Positions 19,502 through 27,896 of a stretch of 39,492 bases of DNA are shown one piece after another. The notes beneath the pieces are model-generated. The model was given only the letters and a program-made list of their open reading frames with translations, searched no databases and had not been told where the DNA came from. A program made the position numbers and the translations under genes. This DNA is from a virus. Where the stretch lies: positions 1 through 39,492 of the IMG/VR virus record IMGVR_UViG_3300045988_127307. One strand, 5' to 3'. Position 1 is the first letter of the stretch. Each line of letters begins with the position of its first letter.

Positions 19502-22500
19502 ATGAGAGATTATGATATAGAGAGCGATTTAAAACAGGAGAAATTTCAATCTCTAAAATTAGTTCAAGGTGATAAAGGGAATAAAATAAAAATTAATGTG
19601 TATGAAGATGGACAGCCAGTTAGTTTAACTGGTTGCTCTATTACTGCTAAATACAAGAGAGCAGACGGGCAAGTAATAAATGGATCCGTAACAAATATAT
19701 CTAATAATTCCTTTGATGCTGTAATAGATAGTGATATAACAAAAGTAGTAGGTAATTTAAAAATGTTATTTAGTATCGAAAAAGACGATGTAAAAGTAAG
19801 TACATTCTTATTATTAGCAAAGGTAAAGGAAGGCATAGGAGAAAGTACAGGAGGCTCAACTGGAGGAAGTACAGGAGGTGGAGAAGTGACAGTAGATCTT
19901 AGCAATTATTATAAGAAAAGTGAGACTTATAGTAAAAGTCAAATTGATTCGCAATTTAAAGATATTGCGAACACAGGTAAATTGACAGATTTAAATACAA
20001 CTGAAAAATCTAGCATTGTCGGTGCAATAAATGAGGTTTTTCAAAATGCCAGTAATGGTAAAACTCTTATAGCAAACGCTATTACTGGCAAAGGTGTAAC
20101 AACAAGTGCTGACGCTACTTATCAAACTATGGCAACTAATATAAAAAATATACAGACAGTTTTTGATGCGAGTGACATTATAGTTACCATAAATAATAAA
20201 AAATATAAGTTATCTAAAAACGATAAAGGAGAATATATTGCTACTTTATTAGCTTATTCCGTAACAAGTAATTTAACTCACTGCACTTTAGATAATACTA
20301 ATACTTCTATTGATTATGGAAATAAGTATACTTGTAATATTTCGGTAAACAAAGGTTTTATTATAGGTTCTGTCGTTATTACTATGGGTGGAACAGATGT
20401 AACCAGTACTGTTTTAAAAGGTAACATTATTACTATAAATTCTGTTACAGGGGATGTTATTATAACTGTGAATTGTGTTGAAGAACCATCTAACCCTGTT
20501 TATGGAAATATAAAGGCAACTCCTAACTATACTTTTAAAATAAATGAAATTAAAGGAAAACTTGACCCCGATTTACAGGTTAGCTTAGCAACAGCTCCTA
20601 ACTTAAACCAAACAATTACTATAACAAATAATACTCCCGAATATATTACAATATCTCCTAACACTCTTACTTTTACTCCCGATAATTATTCAGTGGCTCA
20701 AAAAGTTAGTATTTCACCTATAAGAAAAAATAATGATTATTTAAATAGACGTGGTGAATTAGTATTAAGTAGCAAAGGGGTTGCTGATTATACAGCTAAA
20801 TGTACTATAATTAATACAGATAATTACATCCATCCCTCAAATTGTACTTTAAGTGATAAAGTACTTGATATACACGCTTATGGATTAAATAGTGTTCCTA
20901 CAACATTGAAATCAAGTGTTAATAATATTTCCTGTGCAGTTACACCAATTTCCAATGAAGGTGACGATAATGTTAGTAAAGCTACAGCTAATGGATTACA
21001 ATATGTAACTATTGATGTCCCTAATTTAAAACCATATCTTAATGAGTCTAAAGGTATAACTGCTATTTATGTTAGTATGGGGTATCCTTTTGTAGATAAG
21101 AAGTTAAACTCTTATCTTAATTTGTTAGGTATTAATTCTATTAAAATGAATAATTCATCATATTTATTTGGTTATACAAAAAAACCTTCTACAAAAGGGT
21201 ATGAAGCTGTAGACTCATATTTTTATACTTCATTTAATGAAAAGACTACAAGTGCCGATTTACATTTTAATGTATTTATGTTTAATCCTTCTGATGCACC
21301 TGTAGGAATTACTTATATGATTGATGATACTAATTATACAAGCATAGGAAGTACTGGTTGGTTTGATTATGGTAAGGATTTAACTAGCAAAATTAGTTCT
21401 TATAAAAATGTATCTAAAGAATCAAACACTACTTTTGTTGCATATCAAGTATATAACGGAATACTTAGTTTAGATGATATAAATACTATTAAAAATGGGA
21501 TATTGGAAAATTTAGTTCCTAGTGAGGTTACAAATACAATAGACAACATGACTGTAAACGTTGGCGATACTATATTATCTACAGCTACTGTTCTTCCTAC
21601 TGCATTAGAACCGATGTGTACTAAATCTATAACATTAAAGGATGATAAACTTATAAAAAATAAAAATGAGGTAATTGCCAAATCAGAAGGTCAATCTTCT
21701 TTTACTACAACTATTTCTAAACCTCTCACAGGTGGAAAAACTTATGATTATAATTTTGATACTAGGGTAACTATAGCCCCAAGTTATATAAAGGATTTAA
21801 CTGTTACCAAAGCAGAAGAAGGTGTAGTTATATCTAATCCTATTAGTGAATTAACTGTAGGGCAAGAATATTTATTGATTGGAACAACACTTCCACCTCG
21901 TTTTGATGAAGAAAATATTGTTTATTATGAATCATCTAATATAGAAGTTGCTAGAGTTAGATATGGGCTTGTAGAGGCGTTAAAGGAAGGTTCTTGCACT
22001 ATAACTGCTTATAATCATGATAAGACATATAGTTACCAAATGCCTCTTACTATAAAACCTAAAAAAGAACGTATTTTTACAAATATAAAAACTATCAATC
22101 CTTCTGATTATTCTTTTAGTGCTACTGATTATGAAGGTAATTATAGATTAATGAAACAAATTATAGAAGAGGATAGTGCTGGTTATGATAAAGTTGTTTT
22201 TCCTAAAGGTTCTGTTTTTAAATTAAAAATGCCTCTAGGTACTACATATAATGAAGATGGTAGTGTTAATAGTTATCAAGCAGAAAGTAGTATAATTCCT
22301 AACAGTAATACGGTTTATGATTTTAATAATTCTCGTATCGAAATGCAATTCTCTGAATATTTATCATTGGATTCAGTTTATAAAGATGGAATAAAAGTTA
22401 CGCGTGGATATAATTTGTTTAATTTTACAACCAAAGATAACCCAGAATCTTCTATTGGACAATATCAAACGGTTCTTGAAGACTCCGAAATACGAAATTT

Positions 22501-23566
22501 AACTATAGTAGGTGAAAGACAATTATTCCCCGAACAATATAATGATAGTGATGGTGGTTGGCAAATACGTTATGTGAATTTTGCTACTTGTAAAAGATGT
22601 GGTATAGTTAATTGTGACATTGGTTGGTGTACTGGATTTAATATAGGAAGTGTTCATGGGCAACAATCATGGTCACCTATTATACAGGGAAGTCATATTG
22701 AATGGGGAGCAATAAATTATGAAACTGGTGAAGATGATACTACAACTTATACAGATAGGGTTAGAATTAAAAAGGCTAATATTTGTCAGTTACATAAACG
22801 AGTTATAAATAAATATACTAATGACAATAGTTATTCTGTTGGTATATGGGCTGGATATTTAGGTTATGATTATATGGGAGCTAGATTTTATGATATATTC
22901 TTTTATAAACATGATGAGGCTACTGATACATATGAGTATCTTGGTTGTCATAAATATGAATATTTATATGGTATATATGAATTCCCTAAAGATGCTACTC
23001 ATTGTAGACTTGTGTTTTATCAAAAACGTCTACCCCCTAGTGGTGGATTAAATTATTTAGGTGGTGGAATAATGATGATAACACATCTTCCAACAAGTGT
23101 TGATTGTTATATTGAGAATTGTTATATACACGATAATTATGCTAGTGGATTTGCTTGTTGTGGTGGACAGAGATTCTTAGTTAAAAATTGTAAATTTGAA
23201 CGTAATTATGGAAGAGATGGATTAGGTTGTCATGTAGATTTTGAAGATGGTAGAGAAGGTGCAAACTGTTGTATAGTTAGTAACTGTACTTTTGACGATA
23301 ACTATTACGGATTTATAATGCCTTCGGGATTATACGAAGTATTACATGATAATGAATTTAATGGTTGTGGTGTAAAAACAACAACTGAAAGTATTTTGAT
23401 GTTTAATAATATTCATAAAAATACGCATTTTACTAGACAAGAAATAGGCGAGGCTATTGTAGCAAATAGTATTTTTAGTAATGTTACTATGAATGAAGTT
23501 GCTAGAAGTGATTGGGAAAAGGATTATAAGTGGAAAATGCACATGATTAATAATCATATGATATAA
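19502..23566 (+). CDS. receptor-binding / baseplate upper protein with a C-terminal beta-helix (putative depolymerase)
   Basis: BppU_N-like N-terminus (LVQGDKGNKIKINVYEDGQPVSLTG). G/S/T linker at 19838-19885. Two Big_2-like segments at about 21540-22050. C-terminal repeats NCYIHDN / VKNCKFERN / VSNCTFDDN typical of parallel beta-helix proteins. Confidence 0.75.
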   Translation: MRDYDIESDLKQEKFQSLKLVQGDKGNKIKINVYEDGQPVSLTGCSITAKYKRADGQVINGSVTNISNNSFDAVIDSDITKVVGNLKMLFSIEKDDVKVSTFLLLAKVKEGIGESTGGSTGGSTGGGEVTVDLSNYYKKSETYSKSQIDSQFKDIANTGKLTDLNTTEKSSIVGAINEVFQNASNGKTLIANAITGKGVTTSADATYQTMATNIKNIQTVFDASDIIVTINNKKYKLSKNDKGEYIATLLAYSVTSNLTHCTLDNTNTSIDYGNKYTCNISVNKGFIIGSVVITMGGTDVTSTVLKGNIITINSVTGDVIITVNCVEEPSNPVYGNIKATPNYTFKINEIKGKLDPDLQVSLATAPNLNQTITITNNTPEYITISPNTLTFTPDNYSVAQKVSISPIRKNNDYLNRRGELVLSSKGVADYTAKCTIINTDNYIHPSNCTLSDKVLDIHAYGLNSVPTTLKSSVNNISCAVTPISNEGDDNVSKATANGLQYVTIDVPNLKPYLNESKGITAIYVSMGYPFVDKKLNSYLNLLGINSIKMNNSSYLFGYTKKPSTKGYEAVDSYFYTSFNEKTTSADLHFNVFMFNPSDAPVGITYMIDDTNYTSIGSTGWFDYGKDLTSKISSYKNVSKESNTTFVAYQVYNGILSLDDINTIKNGILENLVPSEVTNTIDNMTVNVGDTILSTATVLPTALEPMCTKSITLKDDKLIKNKNEVIAKSEGQSSFTTTISKPLTGGKTYDYNFDTRVTIAPSYIKDLTVTKAEEGVVISNPISELTVGQEYLLIGTTLPPRFDEENIVYYESSNIEVARVRYGLVEALKEGSCTITAYNHDKTYSYQMPLTIKPKKERIFTNIKTINPSDYSFSATDYEGNYRLMKQIIEEDSAGYDKVVFPKGSVFKLKMPLGTTYNEDGSVNSYQAESSIIPNSNTVYDFNNSRIEMQFSEYLSLDSVYKDGIKVTRGYNLFNFTTKDNPESSIGQYQTVLEDSEIRNLTIVGERQLFPEQYNDSDGGWQIRYVNFATCKRCGIVNCDIGWCTGFNIGSVHGQQSWSPIIQGSHIEWGAINYETGEDDTTTYTDRVRIKKANICQLHKRVINKYTNDNSYSVGIWAGYLGYDYMGARFYDIFFYKHDEATDTYEYLGCHKYEYLYGIYEFPKDATHCRLVFYQKRLPPSGGLNYLGGGIMMITHLPTSVDCYIENCYIHDNYASGFACCGGQRFLVKNCKFERNYGRDGLGCHVDFEDGREGANCCIVSNCTFDDNYYGFIMPSGLYEVLHDNEFNGCGVKTTTESILMFNNIHKNTHFTRQEIGEAIVANSIFSNVTMNEVARSDWEKDYKWKMHMINNHMI

Positions 23567-23676
23567 ATTCGTAATTTAAAAATATTGCGAACTTATTTTT
23601 TAGAATTTTTAGAAGGAATATCCTCATAATATGTAGAATTATTTAGAAAAATATACTTTTTCAGGGGGATATAGCA

Positions 23677-23898
23677 ATGGAAAAACCGATAGGATTTGAG
23701 TTATTAGAAGTAGGAAATGAATATGAATTTATTATGAAAAATAGGCCTAATAGTTTAAAAGGTAAAGTTATAGATATCGGGGAAGATACTATTACATACG
23801 AATTTAAAACAGGAGCTTTTTTTAATGATAATGTTATAGAAGGTAAAAGTAAAAAAACATTAAAGATAGAAAATATACAAGAAATTAAAAGAAGATAA
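23677..23898 (+). CDS. hypothetical protein
   Basis: 73-aa ORF preceded by SD-like CAGGGGG. Confidence 0.4.
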   Translation: MEKPIGFELLEVGNEYEFIMKNRPNSLKGKVIDIGEDTITYEFKTGAFFNDNVIEGKSKKTLKIENIQEIKRR

Positions 23899-23933
23899 TT
23901 CGATATAAAGTAAGTAAATAAACAAGATCATAA

Positions 23934-23967
23934 AGAGTAGCTATTAATTTAGCTGCTCTTTTTATTT
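23934..23967 (+). terminator. intrinsic terminator
   Basis: AGAGTAGCT-attaattt-AGCTGCTCT hairpin (one G-T pair), followed by TTTTATTT. Confidence 0.55.
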
Positions 23968-23982
23968 AGAAAGGAGTTTTGC

Positions 23983-24216
23983 ATGAATGATGAATGGTTA
24001 AAAGACACACTAAAGAGACACGATGAAAGGCTGCAAAGACATTCTGAAAGAATAGACAAACTAGAAAATACACAGTCTGAAATGGCAGTAAAATTAGATA
24101 ATTTATGTAGCACTATAGATAAACTCGCAAGCAACTTAAACAAACTAACTTATGCAATTATAACAGCATTGGTTAGTTTTTTCTTTTATGCAATACAAAA
24201 TAATTTATTTAATTAA
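23983..24216 (+). CDS. XhlA-like lysis accessory protein (coiled coil plus C-terminal TM helix)
   Basis: 77 aa with an N-terminal coiled coil (HDERLQRHSERIDKLENTQSEM) and a C-terminal hydrophobic helix. It lies directly upstream of the holin. Confidence 0.6.
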   Translation: MNDEWLKDTLKRHDERLQRHSERIDKLENTQSEMAVKLDNLCSTIDKLASNLNKLTYAIITALVSFFFYAIQNNLFN

Positions 24217-24229
24217 ATAGGAGGTAGTA

Positions 24230-24487
24230 ATGTTTGATTTAAATTTATTAGGTGGCTACTTAGTTTTAGCAGTAGTAGGTATTTGTGTATGTGTAGGATA
24301 TGTTATAAAAACAAGTTTTAGTTTTATAGAAAATAAATACATACCTTGCATCATGGCACTTTTAGGATGCGCTTTAAACATATGGATAGCTGGATATGTA
24401 AGTCCAGAAGTTATACTTGGTGGATTATTTTCAGGGCTTGCATCTACAGGCTTACATCAAGCTTTTAAGAACTTGATAGAAAAATAA
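24230..24487 (+). CDS. holin
   Basis: 85 aa with two or three predicted TM helices and a charged C-terminus. Located between the XhlA-like gene and the endolysin. Confidence 0.7.
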   Translation: MFDLNLLGGYLVLAVVGICVCVGYVIKTSFSFIENKYIPCIMALLGCALNIWIAGYVSPEVILGGLFSGLASTGLHQAFKNLIEK

Positions 24488-24587
24488 GTAATATAAATAC
24501 TTTATAAGGTGACTGTAAGGCGCTTAGAAAGTCGATAAGAAGGTCGATTTTTTAAGCATCTTTTATTTTCAGAAAGGATTTGATAAT

Positions 24588-25352
24588 ATGACTAAATATA
24601 TAGAAAATGGTGTATTAAAAAATGGAATGACTATAGGAAAAGCTAAAGTAATATCTACGAATTTACTAAAAAAGGGACATATGGTACCATACGAAGCTTT
24701 TACACCAACTAGCATAACAATACATGAGACAGATTGCCCAGATATACCAGCTACACAATTTTATTTAAGTGTTAAAAATGGCCAAAATGATTTAAACAGA
24801 AAACCTCAAGCTAGTTTTCAACTTTGTGTAGATGCTTATACAGTAAGACAAATTGTAAATTTATACAGAACTTGCTGGCATGCTGGATGCAAAGAAGGTA
24901 ATGCAACATCAATAGGAATAGAGATATGCCAATATGAAAATAATAGAGAATTGCAAAAACAAGCATATTTAAATGCTGCAGAACTTGTAAAAATATTAAA
25001 ATCAGAAATAACAACAGTAAAAAAAGTAAAAAGACATTATGATTGGACTAGAAAAATATGTCCTTCTTATATGATAACTAAAAAGTATTCTGGTTTAACT
25101 TGGAATTGGTTTTTAGATCAATTAAACTCTAAAGAAGAAGCTAATAAAACGAAGTATGTTAGAATATTAAAAGATATAAACATACATAGCAAACCAGATT
25201 TTGATGCTGCTAATGTAATAGGTAAAGTTACTGCTGGTGGAGCTTATACTATAGTTGAAAAAGTAAAAAGAACTGGAACAGATATGTATAAATTAAAATC
25301 AGGAGTTTATATAACAGCATCACCAAAATATGTAGAAGTATTTGAAAGATAA
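24588..25352 (+). CDS. endolysin: N-acetylmuramoyl-L-alanine amidase (Amidase_2/PGRP type) with a C-terminal SH3-like wall-binding domain
   Basis: Motifs ITIHETD..., CWHAG, IGIEIC, HYDWTRKICP. C-terminal segment VRILKDINIHSKPD...YKLKSGVYI. Confidence 0.85.
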   Translation: MTKYIENGVLKNGMTIGKAKVISTNLLKKGHMVPYEAFTPTSITIHETDCPDIPATQFYLSVKNGQNDLNRKPQASFQLCVDAYTVRQIVNLYRTCWHAGCKEGNATSIGIEICQYENNRELQKQAYLNAAELVKILKSEITTVKKVKRHYDWTRKICPSYMITKKYSGLTWNWFLDQLNSKEEANKTKYVRILKDINIHSKPDFDAANVIGKVTAGGAYTIVEKVKRTGTDMYKLKSGVYITASPKYVEVFER

Positions 25353-25363
25353 GCTTATCGGAC

Positions 25364-25393
25364 GCGACCGATAGCGACCGATAGCGACCGATA
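25364..25393. repeat. perfect 10-bp tandem repeat GCGACCGATA x3
   Basis: Read directly from the sequence. It is GC-rich in an AT-rich context. TTATCGG (25355-25361) is complementary to CCGATAA in the last copy. Confidence 0.9.
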
Positions 25394-25457
25394 ACATTTA
25401 GATAATGTATAAATATTCCAGATGTAGTCAATACTCCTCGTAAAGGAGGTAATGACT

Positions 25458-25541
25458 ATGAAAAAAATAATGCTGGAAATAACAGGGCGCATTGCATATC
25501 TAGGAATTGGAGTAGCAAGTGCTATATTAATAATGATGTAG
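25458..25541 (+). CDS. 27-aa hydrophobic micro-protein (MKKIMLEITGRIAYLGIGVASAILIMM)
   Basis: Below the ORF-track size cutoff. SD AAAGGAGG (25442-25449) lies 8 nt before the ATG. A hairpin follows at 25562-25590. Confidence 0.4.
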   Translation: MKKIMLEITGRIAYLGIGVASAILIMM

Positions 25542-25561
25542 GGAAATAATAAATAAATAAT

Positions 25562-25590
25562 AAGGCTGGAGAAATGAATTCTCTAGCCTT
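25562..25590 (+). terminator. hairpin downstream of the micro-ORF (possible terminator; weak T tract)
   Basis: AAGGCTGGAGA-aatgaat-TCTCTAGCCTT, 11 bp including one G-T pair. Confidence 0.4.
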
Positions 25591-25621
25591 TAATGTGTTA
25601 TAATAAATGTGGATAAGTTAA

Positions 25622-25644
25622 TTTTACTGACATTTTTACTGACA
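25622..25644 (+). repeat. two direct copies of TTTTACTGACA (putative integrase arm-type sites, distal arm)
   Basis: TTACTGACA at 25624-25632 and 25636-25644. Confidence 0.6.
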
Positions 25645-25800
25645 TTTTAATTTGAAATTTTGTTAAAACGTTGGTATTGCTAATACTATAAGTTTAATAT
25701 AATATAGTTACTAGATATATTAAATATGATTTATTAGTATTTAAATCGGTTTACAATGTTTAAATATCAGTGTTTTTTGATTTATTTATTTTTAAATAGC

Positions 25801-25859
25801 TTACTGACAATTTACTGACCAGTTAAGTTTTTACTGACAAAACTGACAATTTACTGACT
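25801..25859 (+). repeat. five direct copies of (T/A)(T/A)ACTGAC(A/C/T) (putative integrase arm-type sites, int-proximal arm)
   Basis: Copies start at 25801, 25812, 25831, 25841 and 25851, all in the same orientation. The last overlaps the int stop codon. Confidence 0.6.
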
Positions 25860-26978
25860 TAGTATATTGTCAATTTTGTCAACTGCTATCTTATCATTTT
25901 CCTTAAAAGCATGCGCGTAGATTTTTAATGTAATAGATATGTCGGAATGACCCACGCGTTCTGATATTGTTTTTACATCTACACCAGATGCAACTAACAT
26001 AGAAACATGAGAATGTCTTAATGCATGTAGCTTTTTAAATTCAAGCCCAATTCTTTTAATAAATCGTTTAAAAGTAATATCTAAATTGTACGGATTATAA
26101 TAATTGTTATTGCTGTTTATGCATACTGTGTCATATTCTTTTTCTTTCATTAAACCTTGTAACTTTAATTTATTTTGTCTTAATTTCTCTTTTTTTAGCA
26201 TGTCAAAAACATGATCTGGCAGAGAAATTTTTCTTATTGATGATTTACTCTTTGGTTGCTTCATGATATATTTACCTTCTATGTATTGTAAATTATATTG
26301 AATTTTTATAGTTTTATTTTCAAAGTCTACACAATCCCATGTTAAACCTAAAACCTCACCGCGTCTTAGACCTCCATAGATTAAAAGCTTTATAGCATTT
26401 TGAAAATATATACTTTCACTTTCTAAAGCGTTTAGTATCTGTTTTATTTCTTCTATCGAATATATTTCTTCTTCGTGTGTTTTATTATTCTTTGGAAGGA
26501 TAATAAAATCAGTAATCTTTTTATTTATCTCTTGTAATCTGTATGCTTCATTTAGTACAGCATTGCATAATTGCATTATTTTTCGTTTTGAGCGATAAGC
26601 TAAATCTTTTTGAAACACATAATTAACAAATGTTTGATATTTATTTACAGTTATGTCACTTAATTTCATATTTCCCCAATAAGGTTCGACATGTTTTTTT
26701 ACGATACTTTTCGCACAAGCAATAGTATTTTCAGATATCCCTAACTTGCTATCGTAATATCGATAACAGCGATTTGTAAAAGAAATGTTACTCGGCAAAG
26801 CATAAATATCATTATTTATACTATTTTTAACTTCTATTAATTTTTTATCTGCATCTTTTTTATTTATAAAACTACCTTGCGACTTTTGTTTCTTTTTGCC
26901 AACTTCATCTATATATTCTACATATACATAATATTTGTCATTTCTTTTACGTATAAAACTACTTAAAATTTTTTTCAT
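25851..26978 (-). CDS. int: tyrosine integrase
   Basis: 375 aa with the catalytic pattern GLRRGE ... LRHSH ... GHSDISITLKIYAH (R, H-x-x-R, H, Y). SD AAGGAGGG lies upstream. Confidence 0.9.
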   Translation of the reverse strand: MKKILSSFIRKRNDKYYVYVEYIDEVGKKKQKSQGSFINKKDADKKLIEVKNSINNDIYALPSNISFTNRCYRYYDSKLGISENTIACAKSIVKKHVEPYWGNMKLSDITVNKYQTFVNYVFQKDLAYRSKRKIMQLCNAVLNEAYRLQEINKKITDFIILPKNNKTHEEEIYSIEEIKQILNALESESIYFQNAIKLLIYGGLRRGEVLGLTWDCVDFENKTIKIQYNLQYIEGKYIMKQPKSKSSIRKISLPDHVFDMLKKEKLRQNKLKLQGLMKEKEYDTVCINSNNNYYNPYNLDITFKRFIKRIGLEFKKLHALRHSHVSMLVASGVDVKTISERVGHSDISITLKIYAHAFKENDKIAVDKIDNILSQ

Positions 26979-26993
26979 TGGTAACCCTCCTTA

Positions 26994-27022
26994 TAAAAAA
27001 AGAGCAGCTGGTAAAACTGCCC
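26994..27022 (-). terminator. intrinsic terminator (- strand) between the SHOCT gene and int
   Basis: On the - strand: GGGCAG-ttttaccag-CTGCTC, followed by TTTTTTTA. Confidence 0.5.
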
Positions 27023-27032
27023 TGATGTTTAT

Positions 27033-27548
27033 CTATAATTTTAATATTTGTTCTTTTTTATTTTCATATTCTTCTTCAGTTATAGCACCCATATCTAGAA
27101 GTTTTTTGAATTTCATTAATTCATCTGCATCACTTGATATATTTTGACTTCTATAGTTATTTTTATTTTCTATATAGTTCTCTATATATCCTTTAATTTC
27201 TAATATTTGTTCATTATCTTTTTTAGTGAAAGAAATAGTATTTTCATCTTGTACCGCATTAAAAACTCCACCTTTAGCCTCTTGGCTACCCATTAATATT
27301 ATTTGTAGATATCCAGTAGTTAAACCGGGTTTTTTATATTGTACTCCTGTTACATTGTCTAAGCAGATTTTCTTTGTACCTGTAAAACCTTTATTTATTG
27401 AATTCATAATTCCTTTAGCGGTAATAGAAATAAATTTCCCTTCTAAGACAATTTCATATTTACCGTTTGATTTTAAATTGTAAACTTTTTTAGAAGTTAT
27501 AACTTGTCTTTCATTAGATTTATCTTTTTTAGATTTAAATAATCCCAT
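27033..27548 (-). CDS. PH-like (DUF4429-type) plus SHOCT domain protein; candidate superinfection-exclusion or moron gene
   Basis: ATG 27548 follows SD AGAGGGGG (the track ORF starts at 27587). The C-terminus DELMKFKKLLDMGAITEEEYENKKEQIL matches the SHOCT motif. Its position between int and the repressor supports the candidate role. Confidence 0.6.
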   Translation of the reverse strand: MGLFKSKKDKSNERQVITSKKVYNLKSNGKYEIVLEGKFISITAKGIMNSINKGFTGTKKICLDNVTGVQYKKPGLTTGYLQIILMGSQEAKGGVFNAVQDENTISFTKKDNEQILEIKGYIENYIENKNNYRSQNISSDADELMKFKKLLDMGAITEEEYENKKEQILKL

Positions 27549-27655
27549 AATTATCCCCCTCTTTAGTTTTTTCTTAAATTGTAGCATATATTAACATATT
27601 TTACCTTTATTTGCAGAAATTTATATAAAATATTCCAAATACTTTTTGATTGGTG

Positions 27656-27661
27656 TATAAT
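27656..27661 (+). promoter_or_regulatory. -10 hexamer TATAAT for the micro-ORF transcription unit
   Basis: Consensus hexamer with a weak -35 TTCCAA at 27633-27638 (17-bp spacing). Confidence 0.35.
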
Positions 27662-27679
27662 ATAGTATAAGAAAAAATG

Positions 27680-27695
27680 TAGAACATTTGTTCTA
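27680..27695. promoter_or_regulatory. LexA (SOS / Cheo) box
   Basis: The perfect palindrome TAGAACA-TT-TGTTCTA contains AGAACATTTGTTCT, which matches GAAC-N4-GTTC, the Firmicute LexA consensus core. Confidence 0.6.
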
Positions 27696-27725
27696 TGAAA
27701 ATATTTTGTTTATAAGGGGGATAAA

Positions 27726-27839
27726 ATGGAAAATAAAAAGAAAGCTTCAATGCTGGGTGAGAAATTTTTAAAAAGATTAGAAATTATCGCTATGCTTACA
27801 GAGAAAAAACAAAATATTAATCAGGAGAAACAAAAATAG
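27726..27839 (+). CDS. 37-aa basic micro-protein (MENKKKASMLGEKFLKRLEIIAMLTEKKQNINQEKQK)
   Basis: Below the ORF-track cutoff. SD AAGGGGG lies 5-6 nt before the ATG. It has its own -10 element, an SOS box and a terminator. Confidence 0.45.
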   Translation: MENKKKASMLGEKFLKRLEIIAMLTEKKQNINQEKQK

Positions 27840-27896
27840 AATTATTTAGTAAAAAAACAGGTGAATAAAAACGTAAAAAACTTAAAATAATAAAAA

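Noticed and set aside
19838-19885. A (GGAGGN)-rich stretch considered as a possible regulatory repeat or cluster of SD-like sites
   Set aside because: It simply encodes the in-frame flexible linker GGSTGGSTGGSTGGG inside the receptor-binding protein. A similar linker occurs in Tal at about 18850-18900.
25622-25859. A CRISPR-like array, considered because of the repeated TTACTGACA
   Set aside because: The repeats are only 9-11 bp, with irregular 1-10 bp gaps within clusters. There are no spacers of uniform length and no cas genes. Integrase arm-type sites are a better explanation.
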